Origin: Candidatus Cloacimonadota bacterium
GTDB lineage: Bacteria > Cloacimonadota > Cloacimonadia > G963667145
DNA length: 64,000 nucleotides
Direction: 5' to 3'
Assembly (NCBI GenBank): GCA_963667255.1
Contig: OY762940.1
Coordinates: forward strand, 96,001-160,000
The translations under genes and the position numbers were made by a program. The first letter of the stretch is position 1. Every line of letters starts with the position of its first letter. The notes beneath the pieces are model-generated. The model worked only from the letters and a program-made list of their open reading frames with translations, was not told where the DNA came from and searched no databases. Shown here piece by piece: positions 42,448 through 52,571 of the stretch.

Positions 42448-43314
42448 TTAAAGTTCTTCGTCTAATTCCAATTTATTTTGACCAATAGCCAAACTATTTT
42501 TGTCAGAAATTATACTTCTCCCCAACTCTCTTTCGGTGCTTTTGCGGGCATCTCCCGCAACTTTCCCACCTCTCATTGCTACTTTTTTATTTTCCGAGAA
42601 TGTCTCAGGTTTCTCTTCTTGGGAAATCTCAGTAGTCACTCTCTCGCCCAACATCGTGAAAATTAATTCCAAATCGTCCATATTATCGCGAAGATTTATC
42701 TTCGATTTCGCTGGCAAATTCTTGAGTTCTTTATATTGACTCGGTGTCAGTCCAAAAGTGGCTTTTGAGATTTCCGCTGTCAAAATAGCATAATCTCTTT
42801 CTTCTGTTATCCCTCGGGCTTTCCACTCATCAGTCAGATTTTGGCGAATAGCAATCCCTCTAAGCCGTTTATCTATCCAATCTTGCGGATAGCCTTTTTG
42901 CTCATACAAGAATTTCATTCTCTCTTGGGCAAGCTCTGGATTCTCTATTTCGTCCAAACGCTCTTTGCCCACTTGTGCCAACCACTGTTTAAAAGGCTCT
43001 GCCTTTTTTGAAGGAATCGATTGAATTAGGCGGAAAATGTCTTTGGAATTACCTGCTAATGTTTTACGAATTTTCCCTGACACTGCTTGCATTTTTATCT
43101 GGGGACAATTTGTCCCTAGGTAACTTTTCAACTCTTCATCCCGCTTTCGGATTTTTTTCAAATAGTCGGTAGGATTTTCGCTCTCCGTCAGCACCGCCAC
43201 AATATCAACTAGAGAATAATACCACTCACCATTATACCAAGCACGGCGAATCTCTCTATCCTGAAATATAACAAGCTTGCTCTTTTCCACATTTTCTGTT
43301 ATATTTTCCATCAC
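42448..43314 (-). CDS. Bro-N domain (antirepressor-like) protein
   Basis: IRRAW..EWYYSLVDIV, RLIQSIPSKKAEPFKQWLA, LRDNM. Confidence 0.85.
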   Translation of the reverse strand: MMENITENVEKSKLVIFQDREIRRAWYNGEWYYSLVDIVAVLTESENPTDYLKKIRKRDEELKSYLGTNCPQIKMQAVSGKIRKTLAGNSKDIFRLIQSIPSKKAEPFKQWLAQVGKERLDEIENPELAQERMKFLYEQKGYPQDWIDKRLRGIAIRQNLTDEWKARGITEERDYAILTAEISKATFGLTPSQYKELKNLPAKSKINLRDNMDDLELIFTMLGERVTTEISQEEKPETFSENKKVAMRGGKVAGDARKSTERELGRSIISDKNSLAIGQNKLELDEEL

Positions 43315-43320
43315 TGTCTC

Positions 43321-46155
43321 CTATACTAATTTCCTATCTAACTTCTCTTTCAAAAACTTGCCCGTAAAACTCTCTTTGCAATTCATCACTTCTTCCACAA
43401 TGCCCGCTACTACCAGCTCTCCTCCACCATCTCCACCATCGGGACCAAGGTCGATAATGTAATCGCTCGCCGCTATCACATCCAGATTATGCTCAATGAC
43501 GATAATCGTGTTGCCCATATCCACCAAGCGGGACAACACCTGCAACAGTTTATTGATGTCCTCGAAGTGCAGTCCTGTAGTCGGCTCGTCCAAGAGATAG
43601 AGAGTCTTCCCCGTAGAGATTTTGGACAGCTCTTTCGCCAACTTAATCCGCTGAGCCTCGCCACCGGAGAGAGTTGTGGAAGACTGCCCGAGCTTGATAT
43701 AGTCCAAACCCACATCTATCAAGGTCTGCAATTTCGTGCGAATTGAGGGAATATTGGCAAACAGTTCCAACGCTTTGGAAATCTCCAAATCCAAGACATC
43801 GGCGATATTGTAGTCTTTGTATTTCACAGTCAGAGTCTGCTCGTTATAGCGTTTACCGTGGCACACACTGCAAGGGACAAAGACATCGGGCAAAAAGTGC
43901 ATCTCGATTTGGTTCACACCGTTGCCACCACACGCCTCACAGCGACCACCTTTCACATTGAAGGAGAATCTGCCGGCGTTAAATCCGTGCAATTTGGCAG
44001 TAGGCAACGAAGCAAAAAGAGTGCGAATCTCGTCGAAAACCTTGATGTAAGTTGCCGGATTGGAGCGAGGAGTCCGCCCGATAGGCGACTGGTCTATGCT
44101 AATCACCTTATCGAAATAGTTCTCGCCCTTTATACTCTTAAACTTGCCTATCGGATACTTGCTCCGATTTATCTTGTTCGCCATATACGGATAGACTATC
44201 TGATTGACCAGAGAGGATTTACCACCGCCTGAGACACCAGTCACACAGGTAAACAAGCCCACGGGAAAATCGACATCGATACTCTTCAGATTGTTTTGCT
44301 CCGCTCCGATAATTTTCAGCACTCTCTTGTCTTTTTTGCGTTTGCGAGCAGGAACTTCAATTACTTTGACACCGCTCAGATATTGCCCCGTGAGAGAAGC
44401 GGGATTTCTCATTATCTCTTCGATGTTGCCCTGTGCCACCACCTCTCCACCGTTGCAACCAGCCATTGGTCCAAAATCGACGATTTGGTCGGAACTCTCC
44501 ATCATCTCTTGGTCATGCTCCACCACAAGCACGGAGTTCCCGAGATTTTTCAGCTTTTGCAACATCCTTATCAGAGACCTATTGTCCCGCTGATGCAGAC
44601 CGATAGACGGCTCATCCAAGATATACATCACTCCGACCAAACCGCTACCAATCTGACTTGCCAGACGAATCCGCTGAGCCTCGCCACCAGAGAGTGTGGG
44701 AGCGGAGCGATTGAGATTGAGATAGTGCAAACCGACCTCTCGCAAAAAAGTCAGTCGCTCCTTTATCTCTTTCAAAATCTCTTTGCCGATTTGGGCATCG
44801 TTGCCGGTCAACCGCAAATCCTCAAAATAATCCAACGCTTTGGCAACTGACATCTGCACGATTTCGTCAATGTTTCGCCCATCTATTAGCACAGCCAAAC
44901 TCTTGGGATTGAGCTTTTTCCCGTGGCAATGCGGACAAACTTCCTCGCCCATAAAGCTGAGATAGTATTTCCGCATATACGATGAACTCGTGTTTTTCAG
45001 CCTTCTCTTCAGCGTAGTTATCACACCTTCAAATCCACTGTCAAAATTGTATTCGCCCCGTTTGGAGTTCCACACGACATTGACATTGGTATCATGTCCG
45101 TATAAAATCGCCTGTTTGACATCCTCCGACAGCTCTTTCCACGGAGTTTTGAGACTAAATCCCAACTCTTGAGCCAAGCCATTTACCACCTGATAATCAA
45201 GATTGTGCGTCTTATCTTTCAGCTCCTTCCAGGGCTTCACAGCTCCATCCCACAGCGACAGATTTTCGTCAGGGACGATTTTCTTCGAGTCAAAATCGTA
45301 AAGTATGCCAAGTCCGTTGCAATGCTCACACATACCTATCGGACTATTAAAAGAGAAAGACTGTGGCGACAGCTCCTCAAACCCAATTCCGCACTCCGCA
45401 CAAGAATTTTTCTCGGAAAGCACTTCGCTCTCCTGCAAATCGGGGTAATCGACCTTGATAAATCCGCCACTCATCCGCAAAGCTGTCTCTATGGAGTCCG
45501 CCAAACGAGAGCGAATTTCCGCTTTTAGCACGAGCCTATCTACCACCACATCAATCGTATGCTTGCTCTTTTTGTCCAAAACAATCTCTTCCGACAAATC
45601 ACGAGTTGTCCCGTTAATCATAATCCGCGAAAATCCCTCGTTGCGAGCCTCTTCTATCTCTTTGGTGTGAGTTCCTTTGCGATTTTTGACCAACGGTGCC
45701 AATATCTGAAACTTAGTCCCTTCTTCTCTCTCATAGATGTGAGCTATCATCTGGTCAACCGACTGGCTGCCCACAGGATTCCCGCAAATATGGCAATGTT
45801 GTTTGCCTATCCGAGCGAACAACAGTCGCAGATAGTCGTAAATCTCCGTGATAGTTCCCACGGTCGAACGGGGATTTTTGGAAGCGGTCTTCTGCTCTAT
45901 GGAGATGGCAGGCGACAAGCCCTCGATGTAGTCAACATTCGGCTTCTCCATTTGCCCCAAGAACTGCCGTGCATAGCTGGACAAGCTCTCCATGTAGCGT
46001 CTCTGTCCCTCCGCAAAAAGCGTGTCGAAAGCCAAAGAGGATTTGCCCGAACCGGACACACCCGTGAACACCACCAAAGCATTTCTCGGTATAGTCAAAT
46101 CGACATTTTTCAGATTATGCTCGCTGGCACCCTTGATTACAATCTCATTTTTCAT
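43321..46155 (-). CDS. uvrA: Excinuclease ABC subunit A
   Basis: Two Walker A motifs, LSGGEAQRI twice, Zn fingers, 944 aa. Confidence 0.98.
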   Translation of the reverse strand: MKNEIVIKGASEHNLKNVDLTIPRNALVVFTGVSGSGKSSLAFDTLFAEGQRRYMESLSSYARQFLGQMEKPNVDYIEGLSPAISIEQKTASKNPRSTVGTITEIYDYLRLLFARIGKQHCHICGNPVGSQSVDQMIAHIYEREEGTKFQILAPLVKNRKGTHTKEIEEARNEGFSRIMINGTTRDLSEEIVLDKKSKHTIDVVVDRLVLKAEIRSRLADSIETALRMSGGFIKVDYPDLQESEVLSEKNSCAECGIGFEELSPQSFSFNSPIGMCEHCNGLGILYDFDSKKIVPDENLSLWDGAVKPWKELKDKTHNLDYQVVNGLAQELGFSLKTPWKELSEDVKQAILYGHDTNVNVVWNSKRGEYNFDSGFEGVITTLKRRLKNTSSSYMRKYYLSFMGEEVCPHCHGKKLNPKSLAVLIDGRNIDEIVQMSVAKALDYFEDLRLTGNDAQIGKEILKEIKERLTFLREVGLHYLNLNRSAPTLSGGEAQRIRLASQIGSGLVGVMYILDEPSIGLHQRDNRSLIRMLQKLKNLGNSVLVVEHDQEMMESSDQIVDFGPMAGCNGGEVVAQGNIEEIMRNPASLTGQYLSGVKVIEVPARKRKKDKRVLKIIGAEQNNLKSIDVDFPVGLFTCVTGVSGGGKSSLVNQIVYPYMANKINRSKYPIGKFKSIKGENYFDKVISIDQSPIGRTPRSNPATYIKVFDEIRTLFASLPTAKLHGFNAGRFSFNVKGGRCEACGGNGVNQIEMHFLPDVFVPCSVCHGKRYNEQTLTVKYKDYNIADVLDLEISKALELFANIPSIRTKLQTLIDVGLDYIKLGQSSTTLSGGEAQRIKLAKELSKISTGKTLYLLDEPTTGLHFEDINKLLQVLSRLVDMGNTIIVIEHNLDVIAASDYIIDLGPDGGDGGGELVVAGIVEEVMNCKESFTGKFLKEKLDRKLV

Positions 46156-46200
46156 AAAATCTTTCCCAACCTCTCAAAATCAATCCTAATTTAAAACAAT

Positions 46201-46860
46201 CTATCTCTTAATCCGCTTAACAAACTCTTGTATCAGATGTGCAGTAATACCCCAAATCTTCTCGTGTTGATATTCGTAGTGATAAATCCCATGCGAAATC
46301 CGCGACCAAGGAGCAGAATATCTCTTAGGAAATCCAAGCTCCCGAGCAGGCAACAAAATTTTTTCTTTTCCTTCTTCATCTATGTAACTCGGCTGTATTT
46401 CCACCTTCACCTTATACAATTTCGGCTCATTATTGATGAAAAAGTCCAAAGGAACGGAAAAAACTTCGGCAACCTCTTCGCAATTAAATTTCAATTTTTT
46501 TACATCGCAATTTCGCAAAATCCCCACAAATCCCTCTATCGCTACACCCAAAGGGGAAATCAAAGTTCCCAATCTCCCCAAAATCTCCAAATCTTCTTCA
46601 TCAACTCCCAATTCCTCTACAGTTTCTCTGATAGCAGTATCTCTGTAGCTCTCATCAACGCCTCTTTCAAACTCTCCACCCGGAAAGCTAACCTCTCCGC
46701 CCTGCGGAATACTCTTGGCTCTCTTCTCAAAGACAAAATGAAGATTGCCCTCGACCTCAGTCAGCAAGAGCAAAACAGCAAAATTCGTGTAATTTTCCTT
46801 CCGTCCTATTATGTCAACTTCTAGGGAAAGCGAAGTTTTTATAAAATCCAAATCCAACAA
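46201..46860 (-). CDS. Nudix hydrolase, CoA pyrophosphatase family
   Basis: GEVSFPGG...AIRETVEELG, IWGITA. Confidence 0.88.
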   Translation of the reverse strand: MLDLDFIKTSLSLEVDIIGRKENYTNFAVLLLLTEVEGNLHFVFEKRAKSIPQGGEVSFPGGEFERGVDESYRDTAIRETVEELGVDEEDLEILGRLGTLISPLGVAIEGFVGILRNCDVKKLKFNCEEVAEVFSVPLDFFINNEPKLYKVKVEIQPSYIDEEGKEKILLPARELGFPKRYSAPWSRISHGIYHYEYQHEKIWGITAHLIQEFVKRIKR

Positions 46861-46876
46861 AATTTACCAACCTATC

Positions 46877-47518
46877 CTAAATATAAATCGAAAATTTCTT
46901 TTCCAATTTCCCGAAGATGTTCACTATCACAGAGGTAAAAATTAGATACAAAGCTGCTGCCAACAAGAAGGGCAAAATATTGAAATCTCGCGAAAAAATC
47001 TCTTTGGCGGAGCGGAGCAAATCGCCCATTCCGATTATCGCTACCAAAGCGGTGTCCTTCACCAAAGTGATAGCTTCGTTGCAGGTGGCAGGCAACACTC
47101 GTCTAACAGTTTGCGGCAAGATTACCCTGTTCATCATCTGCCAATAGTTCATCCCCAAAGCCTTGGATACCTCGTATTGTCCCTTGTCTATCGACTGGAT
47201 GCCACCACGATATATCTCCGTAAAATACGCCGCATAATTGAACACGAATGTGATGACGGCAGCTGTAAAAGGTGTGAGGCTAATCCCGAAAATCGATAAT
47301 CCGAAATAGACGAAAAACAGTTGCAAGAGCAAGGGCGTGCCTCTGACTACCCAAGTGTAAAATCCCACAATCCTCGCTATCACCGGTCCGAGCGACAGTT
47401 TGCTCAGAGCAAACAAAATCCCCAACGGAATGGACAGCACTATCGTAACACCATATAAACTCAGCGTGATACCACACCCTTTTAGCAAATACACCAAAGT
47501 ATCCAACAAATATTCCAC
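46877..47518 (-). CDS. Polar amino acid ABC transporter permease
   Basis: RGTPLLLQL, AYFTEIYRGGI, KDTAL. Confidence 0.92.
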   Translation of the reverse strand: MEYLLDTLVYLLKGCGITLSLYGVTIVLSIPLGILFALSKLSLGPVIARIVGFYTWVVRGTPLLLQLFFVYFGLSIFGISLTPFTAAVITFVFNYAAYFTEIYRGGIQSIDKGQYEVSKALGMNYWQMMNRVILPQTVRRVLPATCNEAITLVKDTALVAIIGMGDLLRSAKEIFSRDFNILPFLLAAALYLIFTSVIVNIFGKLEKKFSIYI

Positions 47519-47605
47519 AACTAACTCCTTACAGTAAACAAAACCGCCTATTCACTTCCGCAAAATCCAGAAATAAAATAGACGGTCGTAAATATATAAA
47601 AAATC

Positions 47606-48391
47606 TTACTTCAAAAGGACAGACTCTCCAAACCATTTTTTGGAAATGCCATCAGCAGTCCCGTCGTTCTTGAGTTCGTCAATAGCTTCGCTAAGTTTCT
47701 TCACAAACTCCTCGTCACTCTTACGCATACCCACACCATACTCTTCGTGACCGAGATTTTCTTCCAACACATTGTAAATCCCCAACTTCTTAGCTATATA
47801 ATATCTGCCCACAATCTCGTCAACCACCACAGCGTCTATTCTGCCAGCTTCCAAATCCAACAAAGCCTCAGTGTTGTTAGAGTATTTTCTGATATCTTTC
47901 AAACTCTTGCACACAGCTTCGTTGCCTTCCAAAGCAGTTTGACTGGAAGAACCCATTTGCAAACCAACAACCTTACCTTGCAAATCGCCAAGAGATTTCA
48001 CCTCGGAATCTTTTTGCACCACGACAATTTGTCTATTTGCCATATACGCAGGCGAAAAAGCTATCTTTTCCTTTCTCTCATCGGTAATGGTCAAACCGTT
48101 CCAGATAACATCGATGTCGCCCTTGTTGAGTGACATCACTATGCCGTCCCAGTCAACAGGCTTAAATTCAGCTTTCAGACCAAGTTTAGCCGCAGCCGCA
48201 TTAGCCAAATCAATATCAAATCCCACAATTTCGCCGTTTTCACCTCTAAAACCCATAGGCGGGAAATTGTCATCAAGACCAACTACAAATACACCTTTTT
48301 TCTTAATCTTGCCCCAAGAATCGCTACTTTCTTTGCAACCGAGAGCAAAGAGCAATCCCAGAGCCAAGAAAAACAATAAAACTTTTTTCAT
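47606..48391 (-). CDS. Polar amino acid ABC transporter substrate-binding lipoprotein
   Basis: ALGC lipobox, FPPMGF, GFDIDL, GRIDAVVVD. Confidence 0.92.
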   Translation of the reverse strand: MKKVLLFFLALGLLFALGCKESSDSWGKIKKKGVFVVGLDDNFPPMGFRGENGEIVGFDIDLANAAAAKLGLKAEFKPVDWDGIVMSLNKGDIDVIWNGLTITDERKEKIAFSPAYMANRQIVVVQKDSEVKSLGDLQGKVVGLQMGSSSQTALEGNEAVCKSLKDIRKYSNNTEALLDLEAGRIDAVVVDEIVGRYYIAKKLGIYNVLEENLGHEEYGVGMRKSDEEFVKKLSEAIDELKNDGTADGISKKWFGESVLLK

Positions 48392-48636
48392 ACTAATTTT
48401 CTCCTTTTTGTTGTAGTTACACACCATGTCGCAAGAAAAATACCCATTGAAAAAAGGTCAATCATAAGATTTTTTTTGTGTGCTACATTTACTGTTTCTA
48501 TATCTGCCAATAATCCTCAACAACTTTCAGAAAGTAACTCTTTATAATATTGCCAAATTAAAACAACAAAGCATTTGACAACTTCTTCCTGTAGGATACT
48601 TATTTGTTCAATATCAAATCTAAGGAGGAAAAGAAA

Positions 48637-49656
48637 GTGATTAATGTGAGAAAATTGACGGTTTTGTTTTTGTTTGTCTGCTCTATGAGTGGACTTTTGG
48701 CAAAAACCTACCAAATGAAGTTCGCTTTCCAATTTAAAAACGACATTTACGAAGCAAACGAGGCAACTTTTGCAAATGTTTTCAAGTCTTATGTAGAGTC
48801 TATGTCCAACGGGAGAATCAAAGTTAAACTTTTCCCTGGTGGTGTGCTCGGTAAAGAGAGAGAAAATTTCGTAAATGTACAGAACAATGTTATCCAAGGA
48901 ACATTGTCATCAGTAGGAGGAATTGCCCAATTCTATCCACCTATCGCTGTAGTTGACATCCCATTCGCATTTGCTAATAACGCTGTTGCTTGGGAAGTTT
49001 ACGATGGTTGGTTCGGCGACAAAATCCGTGCAGACATTTATGCCAAAACTGGCGTTCGCTGTCTGGCTACAACAGAAACTGGAGGATTTTTCGCTTTTAC
49101 CAACAGTAAAAGAGCTGTTCATTCTCCAAAGGATATGAAAGGTCTTAAATTCCGCACAATGGAAAACTCCGGACACATAAAAATGATATCACTTCTTGGA
49201 GCCTCCGCCGTTCCTATCGCTTGGCTGGAGCTTTACACATCTCTGCAAACCGGCGTGATTGACGGTCAAATGAACCCTCTGCCTACAATGCTCAACGCTA
49301 AATTGGAAGAGGTGCAAAAATACATTACACTTACCAATCACCTCTATGGGACAGACTGGTTCATGGTAAATGATGATTGGTATAACTCTCTGCCTGATGA
49401 CCTTAAAAAAATCGTAAATGACGGTGCAGTTATAGCTAATGTTGCCGATCGTGGTGCACAAAGAATTTTGGACGCCTTGGCTACGGAAGGACTCACTAAG
49501 AAAGGACTAAAAATTTACAAACCAACCGCAGAAGAGGTCAAAGAGTTCAAAGATATGGTGCAAGACGATTATATCGAATGGTTGAAAAAAGAAAATCCCG
49601 AAAACAACAAATGGATTGATGATTTGCAAAAAGCTATCAAGGAAGCCGAAAAATAA
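48637..49656 (+). CDS. TRAP transporter substrate-binding protein (DctP family)
   Basis: FPGGVLGKE, KGLKFR, ELYTSLQTGVIDGQMN. Confidence 0.92.
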   Translation: MINVRKLTVLFLFVCSMSGLLAKTYQMKFAFQFKNDIYEANEATFANVFKSYVESMSNGRIKVKLFPGGVLGKERENFVNVQNNVIQGTLSSVGGIAQFYPPIAVVDIPFAFANNAVAWEVYDGWFGDKIRADIYAKTGVRCLATTETGGFFAFTNSKRAVHSPKDMKGLKFRTMENSGHIKMISLLGASAVPIAWLELYTSLQTGVIDGQMNPLPTMLNAKLEEVQKYITLTNHLYGTDWFMVNDDWYNSLPDDLKKIVNDGAVIANVADRGAQRILDALATEGLTKKGLKIYKPTAEEVKEFKDMVQDDYIEWLKKENPENNKWIDDLQKAIKEAEK

Positions 49657-49685
49657 TAGAGCTTTTTTGAAAATTTAAAAATCAT

Positions 49686-49734
49686 AGGGCAAGTTTTATG
49701 TAGCATCTGCTTTTTATAATCTTGCCCTTTTTTT
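49686..49734 (+). terminator. Hairpin/terminator after dctP
   Basis: AGGGCAAG...CTTGCCCT plus T-tract. Confidence 0.6.
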
Positions 49735-49782
49735 GTTAACCAAGATTAGTCTCAAATATTTTATTTTAAGGAACTTAAAAAA

Positions 49783-50286
49783 GTGAATTTAACTATATTC
49801 AAGAAACTAAGCGATGTGATAGATAAAATAGTAGGATACATTTGCATCTGTTTTGCTATTGGCATGACTATTAGCACTCTCTGCGGTGTATTTCTGCGTT
49901 ACATCACATCCAACCCTCTCAGTTGGACGGAAGAATTTGCCCGTTATGCAATGATTTGGATGGGATTGCTTGCCATCAGTATGGGTGTAAAACGCTACTC
50001 TCATCTCGGAGTAAGTTTTTTCTACAATCTACTACATCCTACTGTTCGCAAAACCTTGACAATAATAATTAACATTTTAATTATTTTCTTTTTCGTTATT
50101 ATGCTCATCTACGGTTGGGACATGACAAAAAACGGTCACAGCCAAATATCTCCGGCTCTAAAAATGCATATGAGCTATATTTTGGTTGTTGTTCCTATTG
50201 CCTCGGCTATCAGCATCTACCATTCGCTTATTTTGCTCTGGGAATCTTTCCGAGTTTCAGGCAAAAGCGTCAATTCTCAATCTTAA
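49783..50286 (+). CDS. TRAP transporter small permease (DctQ family)
   Basis: VFLRY, WTEEFARY..IW, four TM segments. Confidence 0.9.
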   Translation: MNLTIFKKLSDVIDKIVGYICICFAIGMTISTLCGVFLRYITSNPLSWTEEFARYAMIWMGLLAISMGVKRYSHLGVSFFYNLLHPTVRKTLTIIINILIIFFFVIMLIYGWDMTKNGHSQISPALKMHMSYILVVVPIASAISIYHSLILLWESFRVSGKSVNSQS

Positions 50287-50296
50287 GGAGGACAAA

Positions 50297-51583
50297 GTGC
50301 CATTATTTTTAGCAATTTCGTTTGCAATCCTACTGATAATCAGCGTTCCCATCGGTTTTACATTGGGGCTAACTTCCGTTTTTGCCATTTTCAAATCTCA
50401 AATGTATGTCCTGCTCAACATAGTTCCACAGAGATTTTTTGCCGGTGTAGATATGTTTCCGATTATGGCTATGCCGTTCTTTATGATTGCCGGCGACTTG
50501 ATGAACCGTTGCAAAATTACAGATAGCCTTATCGAGTTTTCCAACACTCTTGTGGGACACATCAGAGGTGGCTTGGCTCATTCAAATATCGTTGCCAGCA
50601 TCTTCTTTGCCGGAATAACAGGAGCGGCTGTAGCAGATTCCGCAGCTCTCGGTTCTGTTTTAATACCCGCTATGAAAAAAGACGGATACGATGAAGATTT
50701 TTCCGCAGCTATCACCGCTGCTTCTTCCATTATCGGTCCTATTATTCCTCCAAGTACTATCATGGTAATATACGGCTCTATCATGGGAGTCTCTATCGCC
50801 GGATTATTTGCTGCCGGTGTGCTGCCCGGAGTCTTGGTAGGTATACTCTTGATGATTATGACCTACTTTATCGCCAAAAAAAGAAATTATCCCAAATTTT
50901 CCCAAAGCACTACTTGGGCTTATAAATTTAAAATTTTCAAAAAAAGTATTCTTGCTTTAATCCTCCCCGTTATCATTCTTGGAGGGATTTTATCGGGATA
51001 TTTCACACCAACCGAAGCCGCAGCAGTTTCTGTATTTTATGCTTTCTTCATCGGATTTTTTGTTACCAAAACTTTAAAACTCAAAGATTTACCCGAGATT
51101 TTCCTGAATTGTGCAAAAAATACAGGAATAATATTTTTGCTAATGTCTACCGCATCAATTCTCAGTTTCTTTATGGCAAGCGAAAGTATCCCAGAAATGA
51201 TCGCCGAAATTATGCTTGGCATCTCTACCAACAAATATGTTATCCTCTTTCTAATCTGCATATTGCTGTTGGTTATCGGTATGTTCATGGACATTACAGC
51301 TGCCTTGCTAATCCTTGCTCCGATTTTGGCACCTCTGGCAATAGAATTGGGTATTCACCCTCTTCACTTTGCCATAGTGATGGTAGTCGGATTAAACATC
51401 GGACTAATGACTCCTCCTCTCGGAGCTTGCTTATTTGTAGTTTGCGGGATTACCGGACTACCACTGGAAAAAGTGGCAAAAGAGATTTTACCGTTCATTG
51501 TCGCTGAAGTCATAGCCCTTTTCATTGTCGCCTTTTGGCCTCCACTGTCCATGGCTGTTCCAAAAATGTTCGGACTTTTTTAA
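50297..51583 (+). CDS. TRAP transporter large permease (DctM family)
   Basis: AMPFF, GAAVAD, IIPPS, TPTEA, TPPLG; GTG start after AAGGAGG. Confidence 0.93.
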   Translation: MPLFLAISFAILLIISVPIGFTLGLTSVFAIFKSQMYVLLNIVPQRFFAGVDMFPIMAMPFFMIAGDLMNRCKITDSLIEFSNTLVGHIRGGLAHSNIVASIFFAGITGAAVADSAALGSVLIPAMKKDGYDEDFSAAITAASSIIGPIIPPSTIMVIYGSIMGVSIAGLFAAGVLPGVLVGILLMIMTYFIAKKRNYPKFSQSTTWAYKFKIFKKSILALILPVIILGGILSGYFTPTEAAAVSVFYAFFIGFFVTKTLKLKDLPEIFLNCAKNTGIIFLLMSTASILSFFMASESIPEMIAEIMLGISTNKYVILFLICILLLVIGMFMDITAALLILAPILAPLAIELGIHPLHFAIVMVVGLNIGLMTPPLGACLFVVCGITGLPLEKVAKEILPFIVAEVIALFIVAFWPPLSMAVPKMFGLF

Positions 51584-51598
51584 CAAATCAAACAAAAT

Positions 51599-51639
51599 AA
51601 AAATGCACTTGAGATTTTGTTCTCGAAGTGCATTTTTTT
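51599..51639. terminator. Bidirectional terminator between convergent operons
   Basis: AAAAATGCACTT...AAGTGCATTTTT. Confidence 0.75.
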
Positions 51640-51653
51640 ATGTCTAATAAATT

Positions 51654-52571
51654 TTACTCTCTACTGTAAGGGTTACCCACGGAAGCAGGGAACTCTATAT
51701 TCTTCTTGTAAATAATCATCAAAATTATCACCGACAAAAACGGCAACATCAAGAAAAATTGATACGGGATGCTATAAGAAATCATCTGCAATTGGAACGC
51801 AATCAACTCTATCAAAGCGAAAATAAACCCACCCAAAATGGCTCTATGCGGTTTCCAACTGGCGAAGATAGCTATACCAACAGCCATAAATCCTCTTCCC
51901 GCAGCGATATCCGGCGAATAAGTTTTGGTAATAGCGATAGTGAGATACGCCCCTGAAACGCCTATCAAAGCCGAACCGATAATCGTCGCCAAGTATCTTC
52001 TCCGAGAAACATTAATCCCCACAACATCAGCAGCTTTGGGATTTTCCCCGATAGCCCTCGTCTCCAAGCCCATTTTCGTCTTATAAAAAAACCACCACGA
52101 CAACGCAGTAACTGCATACATAAAATAGACTATCACATCTTGGTTCAAAATTCCGGAAATTATCGGTATCTTGGACAGAAACGGAATGCAAATAGCAGGC
52201 GTGTCGGGAGCCATAGGAGCAGACAAACGCACACCAATTATCAATTTGTAGAGCAGGTCGGACAATCCCGAGCCGAATATTACCAAGCAAATTCCCAGAA
52301 TAAATTGGTTCACCTTGAACTTCTCGTGGATGAAAGCCAAAATCAAGCCGAAGATGCCGCCCATAAGAGCTCCTGCAAGAAATCCCAAAAGAGCGTTGCC
52401 ACTAAAAAAAGAGACCAGAAATCCAGCGGAAGCGGCAGCCAGCATTATTCCCTCTCCTGCAACATTGAAAATTCCAGCACGCCCAGAAATGAGAATCCCC
52501 ACACTTGCCAGCGTATAAACCGTAGTATAAACGATTACCGTATGGAGAAAAGTCGTAATAAATTCCATCAA
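51654..52571 (-). CDS. Nucleoside/purine-type ABC transporter permease 2
   Basis: RAGIFNVAGEG, RAIGENP.AA, GRGFMA. Confidence 0.88.
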   Translation of the reverse strand: MMEFITTFLHTVIVYTTVYTLASVGILISGRAGIFNVAGEGIMLAAASAGFLVSFFSGNALLGFLAGALMGGIFGLILAFIHEKFKVNQFILGICLVIFGSGLSDLLYKLIIGVRLSAPMAPDTPAICIPFLSKIPIISGILNQDVIVYFMYAVTALSWWFFYKTKMGLETRAIGENPKAADVVGINVSRRRYLATIIGSALIGVSGAYLTIAITKTYSPDIAAGRGFMAVGIAIFASWKPHRAILGGFIFALIELIAFQLQMISYSIPYQFFLMLPFLSVIILMIIYKKNIEFPASVGNPYSRE

